Shown: positions 12,620-25,372 of the stretch, one piece after another
Layout: every line of letters begins with the position of its first letter
Position numbering within the stretch: the first letter of the stretch is position 1
NCBI GenBank assembly: GCA_001949185.1
Contig: BDGG01000015.1
Location: forward strand, 935,036-999,035
Origin: Ramazzottius varieornatus
Lineage: Eukaryota; Animalia; Tardigrada
Direction: 5' to 3'
DNA length: 64,000 nucleotides
Made by a program: the position numbers and the translations under genes
Notes under the pieces: generated by a model
Told to the model about the DNA's origin: nothing
Database searches by the model: none
Seen by the model: only the letters and a program-made list of their open reading frames with translations

Positions 12620-15600
12620 ATGGGAATATCCTGTCCTCTACTGGCTGTAGGGCTTTTTGTCGTTATCTTTGCAAGTCAACCGTAAGTTAAACCATACTGT
12701 ACTGTTTTCCCGTGCACTTGTGATAGTACAATGTCGGATCATGCATTCCTGGTGCTGTAGTACGTAGTCTGAATATCTGATCACTGTTTTGGTTTTTTTC
12801 TTCCCTAGGTCGTTTACACATACTGAAACTCCCGTGACGCCGCCGTTCACTCAAGAGAACACAAGTGCTGTTTCGGAGAGCCATACACCACTTCCAGAAA
12901 CTCCTGTCTACGTCCAAGAAGCTTCACCACTAGTCGCGGAACTCGAGAAAGATTCATCTGTCAGTTACTCTGCCGAGTCCGATCGTCCAAAAGAGATTTT
13001 GGAAGTGACGCCATTAACATCTAATCCACCTTCCACGAAAGAACATATTCCACTGTATAGTTCGTCCCTGTTGCCGTCTCATCCACCTCTGGTAGACGAT
13101 GTCTGGAGGCTGTTGCAGCGAAGTCAGCAGGTCTATTCGTGGAAGTCCTCGAGTAAACCTGCATCAGCCGAAGCTGCTGCAGGCAAAAGCGAAGAAGACA
13201 TGCCATCCTTCGAAGAATGGCGTCAGCAGAAGCTAGAGCTGGTGGAGAAGGAAAAGAGTAACCACACCACCTCCAGCAACGACACGGGACGTCGTCGGCG
13301 TCGTGTGCCCATAAAGAACACCAACTACGCTTCGGCCGTCTGTGGTGCCAAAGTCATTGCTCACAACCCCGAACTGGAGAATCCCGGGGCGATCCTAACA
13401 GCTAACCGTGACGACTACATGTTAACACCCTGTAAAGTGGCCAGGAGATTCTTCGTGGTGGAACTGTGTGAGCGGATACATGTGCATAGCTTCGACATCG
13501 GCAACCTCGAACTGTTCTCGGCCACTCCCAAGAAGATACATGTTTTCGGCGCCAGCAGGTTTCCCTCCAGAGATTGGGTGGACTTCGGGCAGTTCCTGAT
13601 GAGTGATAGTAGGGATGTGCAGAATTTTACGGTTCCGGCAGGAATGGGCTTCGTAAAGTACATCCGCGTGGAGATGATGGAACACCATGGAACAGTACGT
13701 ATGACATTACATATGACATCAGATGGTAGCCTGTGCACTTATGACATTATATATGACATGAGACGTCCGGTTTGGCTGACTTGGGTTTTACTTCCTTGCA
13801 GGAACATTACTGTCCAGTCACGGTCTTTCGAGTTTCCGGCACTAGTATGATGGACGAGTACGTGTACTCGGAAGACACGTACGAGGATGATGACGATGAC
13901 GATCCCTCGCGTCCGCCGCTCCCCCCAGAAAGAATCAACGAAGATGCCTACATGGAGAGCGACAAGTGGACCGGAAATGGCCTACTTCACAGCGTCAACC
14001 CCATCACTATGGCCAAGAACCTCGTCAAGCGCTTCGTGTCCAGTGGATACAACCTCATCCACCCGACGGACCCGAAGAACGTCACACCCGCGCCTTGCCG
14101 GAACTCCACGGGGAATTCGGTACGAGTACACACATTTCTTCCACAATGATCACAACTTGGCTGTGACAGAGTGTACGTTCAGTGTGTTCTGAATTTAAGG
14201 TATTTCCTTTTTTTGCAGTCGTATCGTCCGACGAATATAACCGAAGTGGCGCTCACTTCCGACCGCACTTCCGGTTCGAACTTTGCTCATCTTCGGCCCG
14301 ACTCACCGCTGCTCGGGCTGTGCTTTGATCAGCAGGACGGCTGGAACGTCACTTCGAGTAGCTGTCAGTACGTCTGGTGCTTACTGCAAGCTTCGAAAGC
14401 TTCCCTTGCTTTCTGTCCGAGTCTTGGTACAAAGTATTCTTCGCTGCCTCCGTCCAGCTCACCGTCCTCCTCCTACAGTAACCTGTCGAACGCGCCGCTG
14501 TCACTACAAGTTCCTATTATCCCTCCTTTAGTCGAAACTCTGATAGTCAGGCCTGAAGTACTTCCTTCGTTTGAAGCGAGTAGTGCACCGGAAGATCAAG
14601 TCGTACCTTCGGTTGCGGCTTTGCCTTGCCAAGAGACTAGTGCTGTCGTAACTAGTCCTAGCCTTGGGGCAGAAAGCAACTTGCTGTCCGGAACGGCGTC
14701 TGTTGTCGTCCAGCAGGAAGCTGTAAAGTCGGTTGTGGATAGTAAGTCAGTATCTGGCGAGGCGGAAGTGAAAGGCTCTGTGGAAGTCCCCATCCAGGTT
14801 TCGGCAGTACAGAAGAGCTCGACTGTGGGGAACGGAGTCCTCAAAGACCATCAGGCTGTCCATGAACATCCTGCGGTCCTACCGGCTTCCAATGGAACGT
14901 CGAGCAATCAACAAGGCTCGGTTTTTGTTAAGCTGGACAATCGTCTGAAGGTTCTTGAGCTGAACATGTCGTTGAGTGGCCAATACCTGCACGAATTGAG
15001 CCGCAGATTCAAGAAACAGGTACCGTGTCATTCTTCTTCCTCTTCGGTCAAACTCTAACTGGAGAGTCCGCAAGTGAATTCAGACAGATTGTATTCCTAA
15101 GTGGTGCACGCTACCAGCCAGCAATACTGGTAACGTGCGCCACTTATGAACTTGTTCCCAAGTGACGCACGCGCTCGGCCATTGTCGGCCAATAACAACT
15201 GACAGATGCGCCACTCGGGGAACGAACTGGGTGAATTCATTTGTCGGTGTCCCAGCTTGATTTGAAGGCACCATTGCATTTTGAAATGTTGACTCTTTGT
15301 TGTAGAATGAGGATAGCGTCAAAAACTTCACGGGAGTCTTTCAGAAGCTGAGCGACTTGATGCTGAAAGAATCCTCCGTCCAAGCGACCGTACTAGCCCA
15401 ACTGGAGACCATCAAGCGCGAGACGACCTTACTCCAACTGCAGGTGACTTCCCTCCGCGAAGATATTCACCTGTGGCGATGGATACTGCCCGTAGGCTGC
15501 TCCCTGGTCCTGGTTCTACTTGTCGTTGTTCTAGCTGTTATGATACCACGTTACATAGAAAGCACCGTTAGAAGAGCGGTGCAGAGACATGCACTGAGCG

Positions 15601-15875
15601 CTGTGACGAGCAATGGTCATTTGAACACCAAGCTCAACGGTATCGTACATAAGAGGGAAGAAAACCTTTTCCAGCACTTGCCAAACAACATTGCACAAAC
15701 AGTGAGCAGTAGTCAGCCTTCGGTAGCCTCATCGACGATTGTGGTGAGTACGCCGACTGTTCCGGCGAGGAAGCACAAGAAGAGGAAACGGGATAGAGGG
15801 ATGAATGAAGGTCTCATGGATAGAATGGTTCCAGTTCCTGACAGATTGTCCGGAAGCCGAGGTGATAGCACATGA
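12620..15875 (+). CDS. SUCO: SUN domain-containing ossification factor (SUCO/SLP1 family)
   Basis: Signal peptide [18 protein letters not shown]; MPSFEEW; mid SUN domain [17 protein letters not shown]...DDYMLTPC...FFVVELCE...NLELFS...[16 protein letters not shown]; [34 protein letters not shown]; C-terminal TM. Confidence 0.92.
13700..13759. repeat. TATGACAT x4 (a 20-bp unit repeated at 40-bp period) in SUCO intron
   Basis: TATGACATTACATATGACAT at 13700 and TATGACATTATATATGACAT at 13740. Confidence 0.7.
15098..15217. repeat. Family A tandem pair in SUCO intron
   Basis: 15098-15146 (N25) and 15159-15217 (spacer expanded to 35 by an internal TCGGCCA duplication). Confidence 0.85.
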
Positions 15876-17361
15876 GGAAAACTGAAGGCGTATCATGTTT
15901 TGAGTGCGTAGATTGTACAGAGATCTGATAAGCGTTTTGCTCATACTGGTTTTCCGAATAGCGTAGGCGTGGTTGGGTGAGGGTTAAGTTTGCACCCGGA
16001 ATATTGGGGTTACTGTTGTACGACGGGCTTTCTGACATATTGCTAATTTTGCAGTTTTATCTTTTTTCTTGTGATTATCATAACACGTTCTCCTTTTTGG
16101 CGGAAGGATGTTACAGCTACGCTCTTGTGTTCTCCATCCACAAACTAATTGTTGATTTTATAGTAGACTGAAAGTAAAGTAAAACCGAAACTGGTGATTT
16201 TCTCCCAAGACGTTCCACAACGTCCAAGAAATTGCATACCGATGGCACAGTATCCGCAAGTAACTCGGTAAAACCTGACGATCGTGCGAAGTGGTTGTAG
16301 GACCTTAGTAGTCACACGCATATCGAAGTTACAGCAGAATCAACAGCAGTTTCGCCAAAACTATGCCGCTGACCGGAAGTGGGGCTCTGGAAGGTTCCTC
16401 ACTTGCGTACTTCGCGATATTATTATTCCACAGAGCATAGAACCCCATATATAAAAGTCTACTTAGCCAAAAAAAGATGATAAATGACAGATACTGCGAC
16501 TGACTCAGTGCGACGTCTAGAGGCAGTAAGGTGTAAGAGACCCAGAGTGGAACAAGAGCAAACAAAAAATCGACTTTCGGGGCGGGAAGATGTGAAGAAG
16601 GAGGAGTCAAACTGAAACAGCTGACCTGCCTTTCGATTGATTTGGATTTGGATTGATTCGTCCGTTCGGAAACGGGAGTTTTCAGTTCTGTTGTCTAACT
16701 GACCTAAGTTAAGTATTTCCTTCATTTGGGACCTTTCCGCGATATCGGTTGGCAAGGTTGCTACTGGCAGGCGTAGTATACCACGAATCGAGTCATTGCA
16801 GAAGGCAAAATCCTTGCCACACTTCGAAACCCTTGACAATGCCGTTTATGCTAAATGTCACGTCAGTTCTTACACCTTGCGCCACTTTGCCACTCGACGA
16901 GTCGGCTTCAGCGCCGTGCTGGTCGATAGTCGATACCACCATCAACATGTTTCCCATCCATCTTTGCCGCGCTGACGTCATGTTGGGTCTGGGTGACGAT
17001 CGAAGCGATGCAGATTTCAACAGTGTCTACCCCTTCCAGGTCAGGGCTCCCTCTAGAGACTGCTTTGTCCTCTCCTTGGAAGAAGAGTGCGCGCTGATGG
17101 CCGTTCGGTTCGAGGACGGCGTCGAGTTTTATTACACTCTTGCAGCCGAGTACTTCGCTCTGCGCCATGTCGATGGCTTAACGTCAGCTGACAAGTCTGC
17201 CCTCATCACCTTCCAACACCCTGTTCAAGAATACTATTCGAATGGAGAACCCGTTTCGGATGCAGACATCTTTTCTTTGAGCTATCTGATGCCCTACAGT
17301 GAAGAACTCTTGCAGAAGTAAGTACGAGATCGGCAAACGAACTCGACCAGATAGTTCTGTT

Positions 17362-17410
17362 CAAGCGGCGCACGCTTCCAGTTAATTGCACTGAGAACGT
17401 GCGTCTGGTC
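17362..17410. repeat. Family A element with degenerate right arm, intronic
   Basis: CAAGCGGCGCAC-GCTTCCAGTTAATTGCACTGAGAAC-GTGCGTC. Confidence 0.75.
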
Positions 17411-17441
17411 GTGAAAACCGTCTGGTCGAGTTGGTCGGCCG

Positions 17442-17680
17442 CAGCGGGGCCGCTGCGTAATAGACTTTGTGGAAAACAGTTGTGGAATGGCAATCATGGT
17501 TCTGACGTCACTCGTCGAACCGTAGCTAGATCGTTGTACGTACGTTGCACCCATTAAACTTTAAACGTAACAGTTCGGATTGCGCGAATCCGATCAACCC
17601 GTTTAGCTGATCGTCACGAATATGCCATATACGCGAGGAAATACTTTTTCCGCAAAGTCTATTACGCAGCGGCACTGCTG
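17442..17680. mobile_element. hAT-type MITE, 239 bp, intronic
   Basis: 35-bp TIRs CAGCGGGGCCGCTGCGTAATAGACTTTGTGGAAAA (32/35); perfect 8-bp TSD GTCGGCCG at 17434-17441 and 17681-17688. Confidence 0.9.
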
Positions 17681-18866
17681 GTCGGCCGAGCTCCCAAGTA
17701 GCAGCCTTAAACGTAATCGGAAGACCTTTTGTGCGATACTTCAAAAACCGCATGAACGAGTTCTTTCTACCAGCGGGGATTGTTGCAGGTTTGACCCAAA
17801 TAATATCTTAGCGCTGGAGTGCTCTTCCAAGGGCGATGTTTCCGGTTTCATGGCCGCTGCGCCGCATCCTCTGGTCCTCTGCATGCTATGGCATTTCGTT
17901 GACGTCTTCGCCCTTCGGTATCACGTTCCCTTTGGTAGTGGGGATGGGACGAACAATGAGGCTCAAGACGTCGACGGACAGAATGATGGTGAAGAAGAGC
18001 AGCACCTAGCGGAAGCAGCCGACAAAGTCTTGGCCTGGACTTGGACGGTTTCGGTGAAGAGGCGCTGCGCGAGAAGCTGGACATGGATAAGGCTGTGGAT
18101 TTGCTGATCAAGGCCAACAACATGTCGGCTGCCAAAGAGAGAGAGGCGGCCTTGCGATACGTGGCTGCGGATGCCCGCATGGCCCTGGCTTCCACAGCTG
18201 TCCAAGAGCTCTTCCGTTCTGGCAACGCCTATGTCATCACCGAAGTGGTCAAAGCAATGGCTAAACTGCCTACCAAGTAACTGACTTGTCGCGGGTCTCT
18301 CCTCAATCATCTTTCATTCCTCTCTGCCAACTTCGGTCAGTGTGTTCTTTTATTCCTCGAGTTAGGCCTGCTTTCCCCGCGTTGGCATCTGTGGAATTTC
18401 CATGATAATTTTAGTTCTTCAGAAAAAAGTTTTGGTCTTTTTGACTGTGTACATTTTCCTGCATGGTGAATGTCCGTCTGCTTCTTTGATGGCATTCTGA
18501 GAAGTTGGAAGCGCTGATCTGAGAATCGATCTCTGACATTCTATGAGTCTTCCCTCCTTTTCCATGTATGCAACTAACACACAGAACAGTATCGAGAGTT
18601 TATTGAAGAATTTACAGAGCTAGTATTTTGATGAGTTTATAACTTAATTATTACATTGCCTATAGTCTTGAGCATAGTCTTGAGCATTCTGATTACCGGG
18701 CATGAAACAGTCAACATTCATAAAGTTGAGCAGAAGAAATGGACAATGTAGAAGCGAGAAGAGGAAAATTGCGACTCTTTTTTGGGCAGAGATTATGCTG
18801 GCGAGTATATCGTTATGAGCTAGCTGCTTGTATTTACAGTACAGCGGAAGCTGCTTGCTTTCCTCT

Positions 18867-21223
18867 TTATATTCTTGCAGCAACCTTTTGTCGACGTGGC
18901 TCAGCTACTTCATGGACCTCCGCCGAGGTCGAGGTGCCCTGAATGAGGTCCTCGATGTCGACAGCCCAGGGATGGGCTTTTCGACCGTACTGGATATCCA
19001 GCAGTTCGTTGTAGAAACGTCGAGACACCGAGTCGCCACCCTCGACGGGCACTGGGATGTGGATGTCGCGACCCAGGTACAGTAGACGCGAAATCGGACA
19101 GATCACACAAGCTGTTCCAGCACCGAAGAGCTCGATAAGCTGCAAGCACAGAAACGCAGTCATCATCTGCTTTACATGGCGCCGTCATTTTAGTAACATT
19201 TTCTGACTATGGTTGATGACCAAGTATCACGTACGCGTTTTTCTTTGATGGACTTGATAATGTCCTTCATGGTGATGTTCTTCTCGGTGACTTTGAAGAC
19301 ACCCTAGAGGCAAGAGCAAACAATTAGTGAAGACTGTTGACGTTGTATTTTACAGCAGATTGTCGTACCCATTCACGGGCCAATTCCAACAAGGACGTTC
19401 GCGTCACACCGGGTAAGATCAGTCCGTTCAGTGGAGGAGTTACCAATTCCTTCTCTGGAAATAGCGAACAACGATTCAGCAGGACCACTCTAGAGTGACC
19501 GAGCGTCCTCACTTACCGCCATTTTCGTTAGTCCAGTAAGCTGCAATATTCATGGTACCGACTTCCGTCAGCTGATGGTCCTCCCCGTACAGCCACAACA
19601 CTTGCTGACAACCTTGCTTCTCGGCTTCCTTGCCCACCAGAATGGTCGGTGCGTAATTGCTGCAAGTACCGTCGAACCTTTGTTACTTAGGAGCTGGGCG
19701 AACAAACACGCCAAGATCGCTTTCCCAGATGGCACACGTTTTCAGTGTTGTGGGCTGGGAGAATACGCCACTTGGCTGACATATCTTGTCGAGTTTGGCT
19801 AGGTTTGCAAAGTGGCGCATGTTCTCAATCATTTCGGCTGAAAAAGTACGGTTTGATCCAAGTGGCGCGCATTGACAGTGTTATTGGCCGAAGACGTGCG
19901 CCACTTGGAACAGCGATATTGACGTGTAGCATTCTACTGTCTTGCTATTTTGTGAGACCATAGACTGATTAGTCCGTTGGCATACCAAAATTGATGAGGT
20001 AGTGTAACTGTATGCCATTACCTGCCCATCTTGAAAGCCCCGGCGCTACCTGGCCAGGAGCGCACAAAGCTGGGGTCTGCCAACAAGGAAACCGGTTTGA
20101 GGCCGGTAGGGAAGTAAGGACCGACCGGGCCGGAAATGACGTATAGAAGGCATTCCTTGGATCGCGAGACGCCGAGGGTCGGGTCGTTGCCGATCATGGT
20201 GGGACGAATGTACAGAGAACTCTCGGGGGACTGAGGGACCCAGCTGCTGTCCAGCTCGATCAGCTGCGCCATGCATCGCAACAGTTCATTTCCGTCAAAC
20301 TCCTGCAAAGATGACCGATAAGAGGCAGAACGTCTGAGCAGTCATCATGACCTTGAATCTTACCGGAAGTCCCGACCGTCTGGCCGAACTGTTCATTCGC
20401 TTCATGTTCTGATCCGGCCGGAACAAGCGAATCCTTCCATCCACACCTCTGTACGCCTTCAGTCCTTCGAACAGCTACAAGGATTGGTAGAGTGCAAGGT
20501 ATGGGAACAAGTGTGTACTGTGTTGTCGAACTGGAAGCTCTCGCAGCTATTTGATGCCACATCTGATCAACTGTATGGCTTACCTCGATTGCATAATGAA
20601 GGACTTTGGCCGCCGGATGTAGCTCAATATTCTTCAATGGGCCAATCCGGGGAGCATCCCAGCCTTTGGTTTCGCTCCAGGGTATGCTGAGCATGTGGTC
20701 ACTAAAGTTGTGGCCGAAGACCAGCTTGTTCCAGTCGGGCTTCTTGCCCAGCTTCTTCGACTGAACAATCTCAAGGTCGTCATACTGTCAAACAGGAAGA
20801 ACCCTGGTCAATTACCCTCAACCTGGCTTGCATTGCAGGCTGAACGGCTGCTTTGAACCTCATGGAAAGAGCAACGCTGAGAGGGAAAGGCCAGCAGGTC
20901 TATACCGTTCAGCAACTGGACAATGGGCAGCGACTTCCGGTGGCGTCATGTGCCACTTTAGATGGCCTTCACTCGACGATAGATCATCAGAACACATTGT
21001 GTTACCTTAAAGCTCTGGTGTTTCCGAGCTGCGCTTCCAGTGGTGACTTGAGAAGCAAAACTTTTAACATCCAGTAGTCTCCATACGACCTGCAACAGAG
21101 AAAACTCTGTCAATAATGCCACCAGTCTTGCTGTAGGGCTGACTTTATCAACTTTACCGGTTGCACCGTTTCACGGCTGCCACTGGAATATCCCACCGAC
21201 AAGCTTTTCCGAACGGCGTGCAT
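18867..21223 (-). CDS. BCAT: Branched-chain amino acid aminotransferase
   Basis: [52 protein letters not shown] (PLP lysine), [35 protein letters not shown]; start ATG 21223 is tentative. Confidence 0.95.
19726..19907. repeat. Family A triple array in BCAT intron
   Basis: Units at 19726-19774, 19809 (right arm truncated) and 19859-19907, all with co-oriented 25-nt spacers. Confidence 0.85.
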
Positions 21224-22115
21224 CCTTCTCAGCTAAACTTTCAGATGATGAAATTCCCCTGGATAGGATAATGAATGGCGATTGAAGAGACGTTCTTCCC
21301 GAGCAGACTCGGACGGAGGACGGAGGAAATTCTTCCGAAAATAAATCTCCAGATCAGCTGTGCGATCGAAATCGGGTAAGCAATCAAGAAATCAAAAGAA
21401 TTCAATCGTCCAGATACAAAGTTCAAAGAATTCTCCGGTTCCCAGCGGTCCCGCCCAACAAAATTAGAATGACCCTGGACCTTATATCTGAAATGAAAAT
21501 TAAGTAAGCTGCGAATGAAGAGTCGCACGTACAAAGCTAATAGATTCTATCTTCTGTTGGGTCGAAAGTCCAAAAATACGCGCCCGTCCTTCAATCACGC
21601 CGAGCCATCTTGCATGTGGCATCAACTAGGCATCAAGAAATATGAAACTGTTTGAGAGTTGTGTCGCGTCACATGCGTGCACGTGCGATGCTTGGTCAGC
21701 CGGAAATACTTGTTTCAAAAATAACTTATGCTGCTTTCGGCCTTTTTTTACGGCCAATACAATCGCTTCACAGTAAAACTCGAGAAGTACCAGGAGAGAT
21801 CAGCAGTACGTGAATAGTGCGGCTTGCTGCCAACGTATACGTGGGTATCACAACCACTTCTTCTCTTCTTCCCTTCACAATCAACTTGCGAACCTACGTA
21901 AACCAACAAGTTTCTAAACGTGATGGGCTCCTCGTTTCGTCTCGTACGTGTTTACTTCCTGCTTACATAACAAACCAGATCAGCAGAGCCTGCCGGCAAT
22001 ATATTTACGGCTGATTTAACAACCCTTGACTTTGGAGCCAGCCATCCTTCGGTACATCATCCAGATGACGCGACAAACGTGGTCGTTTAGATGCTGAAAG
22101 TCAGTGAACATGACG

Positions 22116-24889
22116 TTATGCAGCGTCCAAAAGCTGAAGCGCAAAATCCTCATCGTTAATCAGAGAGCTACTTTGTTCCTTCCTGGAAGGACCCTTCTTA
22201 GCGGACAAAGGAGAAACTTTACTAGCACTTGAATTCTTCTTCTCTTTCTTCATAAGCAGTCCTTCAGCTTCATCGCGTTTCCTCTTCTTCGTCTTGAGCT
22301 CTCTCTCAGCCGACACATGCTCCACTTCCTCGACCGCTTCTTCCAGCGCCTCAAAGCCACCTTCGTCTTCTTCCTCGTAACCACCCAGCGTCACTCCACC
22401 AAAGTCCCCACCGCCATCTTCCATGTCTTCCATATCCATCTTGGAACCCGGCTGTCCTTCCTTTCTTCGCATCTCTTTCCTCTTTTTCATTTGCTCCTTC
22501 CGCAGCGCCCTGATCCTCCTCTTGTCCGCTTCCTTTCTTTCCTTGGCCGACATGGTTATTCTCTGCCTTGCTTCTTCCAGATTCAACCCTATCGGTTGAA
22601 CACCAGATTCCACCACAGTCGCCACACCTTCCGGGTTCCCTTCCTCATCGAACTTTATCCTGATATTCGCCTGTATGCCCTTCTTTAACACCCTCTTGGC
22701 TGCGGCAGTCCTCACTACAATCTTGGCCTTCCTGCCTTCGCTAATAAAGGACTCGTTTCCTTCGCCGGCCTTCTCAGCCACAACTTCAGTCTTCTTATTA
22801 ACTTTCGGTTTGAGGACCATGTCATCATCATCATTTTCTTCATTGTCTTCTGTGGATTTATCTGTGCTGAATGTTTTGGGTGTGATGGTCAAGGGTTCCT
22901 CTGTGACGCCTTTCTTGGCGTCTCGACGTTGACTACGGTTCAGTCTGAGTTTGGGCGTGTCTTGAAGACCGAGGGACTGTGCGTAGGCAGGCAAGTCGAT
23001 CTGCAGAATGTCTTTCTGCCGACCCAAGTTGAGGGATTTCAGGTACGTCTCGAAACACTTTTGCGCCAAAACACGCAGCTCGTAATCTCTGGCCAGAATG
23101 TTTTCGGGCAGGAAGGGTAAGGACATCAGGTCTCGCGGAGTTACCTTGATCTTGTGTGGTCTGATACCCATCTTGTCCAGTTGAGAGATGAAGGCTTCTT
23201 CTTCGCTTGGTAGTAAGCACAGAACGGAGGTACCTTTCTGACCATTCCGGGCTGTCCTTCCTGAAAGAAACCCAAAACATCACACACGAATATCATTCCA
23301 TCGATCGACAAACAAAAGACGCTATGCCGCAAGAACCTGCATACTTCTGGTTCAGAGTGGACATCATGCTTTGTGTATGCAGCTTCGTGACCACTTGGTA
23401 CTTTCGCAGTAGCGCACTGATGCTGCAAGAACTTGCATACTTCCGGTGCACAGTGGACACGCCGTTATGTGTATGTAGGTTCGTGACCGGCTAGCACTTT
23501 TGCCGTTACTTATCGACCATTGGATAAGAATTTCATCGCCTTGAGCATCTAACATTCAAAAACTGGATTTCAAAGGCTGGGACTTACTAACCAGCTCGAT
23601 GGACGTATTCTTTGGCGTCTCTGGGTTGGTCCAACTGCAGGACGAACTCGACATCGGGGAAGTCCATGCCACGAGCCAGGACATCGGTGGCGATCATGAT
23701 GGTGTTGGTCTTTCTCTCAAATTTGCCATACTCCTGCAGTCTTTTGGGCTGCGACATTTTACCGTGAAAGGACAAGACATTTGTCAGTTTATTTTGGCGT
23801 AAGATCCCATCGAAAAACTTGGCTTGCTTGCTGGTCGTTACAAACACCAGAATTTTCTTGCCAGCTCGGGCCTTGACGAAGGACCAAAGGTACCGCAGCT
23901 TCTCTTCGGCTTGCAGGACCACGTAGGACTGCACCAGAGTCTGGGGAGTCGACACTGACCCGTCTTTCTGCTTCTTGGACGACGAGATAGTCTGCGATGG
24001 GTCGACGTTGTTCGGCTGACGCATATTGATATCGACGGGCTCCTTCAGACTTAAACGCGCTAAATCTTTCACTTTGCGCGTCTGCGTTGCGGAAAACAGA
24101 AGCGTCTGGCGTTCGTCTGGCAGATTCGCGATGATCGAATCTACGGCCTGCAGACAAAAGTCGATTTATTTTCACCAAACCTGCATACACGTCACTACGG
24201 ACTTACTAGATCATAATTATGAGTGTCCAGGTATATCTAAGACTTCCAGGGCAGTATTCGGGGAAATTGTTTACCTGCACGAACCTGCGTACATCGAAAA
24301 GTGCACGTGCACCATAGCGATGGTATGCAGGTTGATGAAAAATAAGTACAATCTCGAAAAACCGCAAGTAAATTAACAGCGCGAATACCTCTTTAAAACC
24401 ATGGTCTAGAATCTGGTCCGCTTCATCTAGAACAAGCATCTGGACATTGTCTGTCTTGAAGTCAGGATTACTGTCCATATGATCGAGTAGTCGTCCTGGC
24501 GTGCAGATGACGATGTTGCAAGAGCTGATGCGTGGTCGTTCGTACATCCGGCCTTGTCCGCCGATTATCGTCCCCACAGAGAAATGATGGTACTTGCCGA
24601 CCTTCTTGAAGACTTCGTAGATCTGGACGGCTAGTTCACGAGTAGGAGTAATGATGATGACAGCGATGCCGTACATGCTAGACCACTTCATTTCGGCTAG
24701 TCGCTCCAACACGGGAATGACGAAGGCCAGTGTCTTACCGGATCCCGTTTCAGCAGCGCCCAAGATATCTTTGCCTTCCATGGCCACCGGGATTGTCGCA
24801 GCTTGGATGGGCTTCGGCTCGACGTACTTGTTCTCTTCCAGTCCTTGCAGCGTCTCCTCGGACAATCCAAACTCGGTGAACGATGGCAT
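22116..24889 (-). CDS. DDX10: DEAD-box RNA helicase DDX10/DBP4
   Basis: Q motif, GAAETGSGKTLAF, TPTRELA, ICTPGRLLDHMD, LVLDEAD, FSATQT, LARLSLKEP, ATDVLARGMDFP, YVHRAGRTAR, YAQSLGL; K/E-rich tail ending DEDFALQLL. Confidence 0.93.
23335..23480. repeat. Family B tandem pair in DDX10 intron
   Basis: 23335-23384 and 23431-23480, both N30; period 96; spacers and flanks resemble each other. Confidence 0.85.
24179..24332. repeat. Family B pair (one degenerate) in DDX10 intron
   Basis: ACCTGCATAC at 24179 with a degenerate partner; 24283-24332 ACCTGCGTAC-N30-GTATGCAGGT. Confidence 0.8.
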
Positions 24890-25372
24890 CTTCGATATCC
24901 AAGAGCGCTTATTTTGAAAACTTGGCTGAGTCGGACTGACCTGTAAAACAAAGGCAAGATTTAGCTATCTCAAATCAACTCCTCTGTACATGGTTTCATG
25001 GAACGGAAAAGTTTGGGAACACTCGCGGAAGAAAAGGGAAGAAATTTCAAATTGTACTTGTGTTCTGATCTGATTGAAATCTGAGACCGATTTAAATTTA
25101 AATTTGATTTCGATTTGTGACGAAATTGCGATTGCGGAAAGACGTTTGGCGACGCCCATCAAGCGAACTGTGCGCTACAGCATGTCAAAAGTACAGACTA
25201 TACAGCTGATGGTGAGCCGTAGTGAGGATGATCGAAACCAAAAACAATGTACCTTAATCTCACCGATGGACAGCGGTGATTTCTGCTTCTGAAGCTGAAC
25301 GATTCTTCTCCTTCTTTCCGGGCTTTCAACTGATACTACACTCACGAAGTCTTCTCCTTTCTGGTTGCAAGA

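Larger units (their letters stand above)
16839..18280 (+). pseudogene. SPOP-like BTB/BACK protein with an apparent frameshift (pseudogene, assembly error or unusual splicing)
   Basis: Exon 1 from ATG 16839 to the donor near 17318; downstream LAEAADK is followed, in a different frame, by LGLDLDGFGEEALREKLDMDKAVDLLIKANNMSAAKEREAALRYVAADA, resembling SPOP LLAAADKY...[22 protein letters not shown]. Confidence 0.55.
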
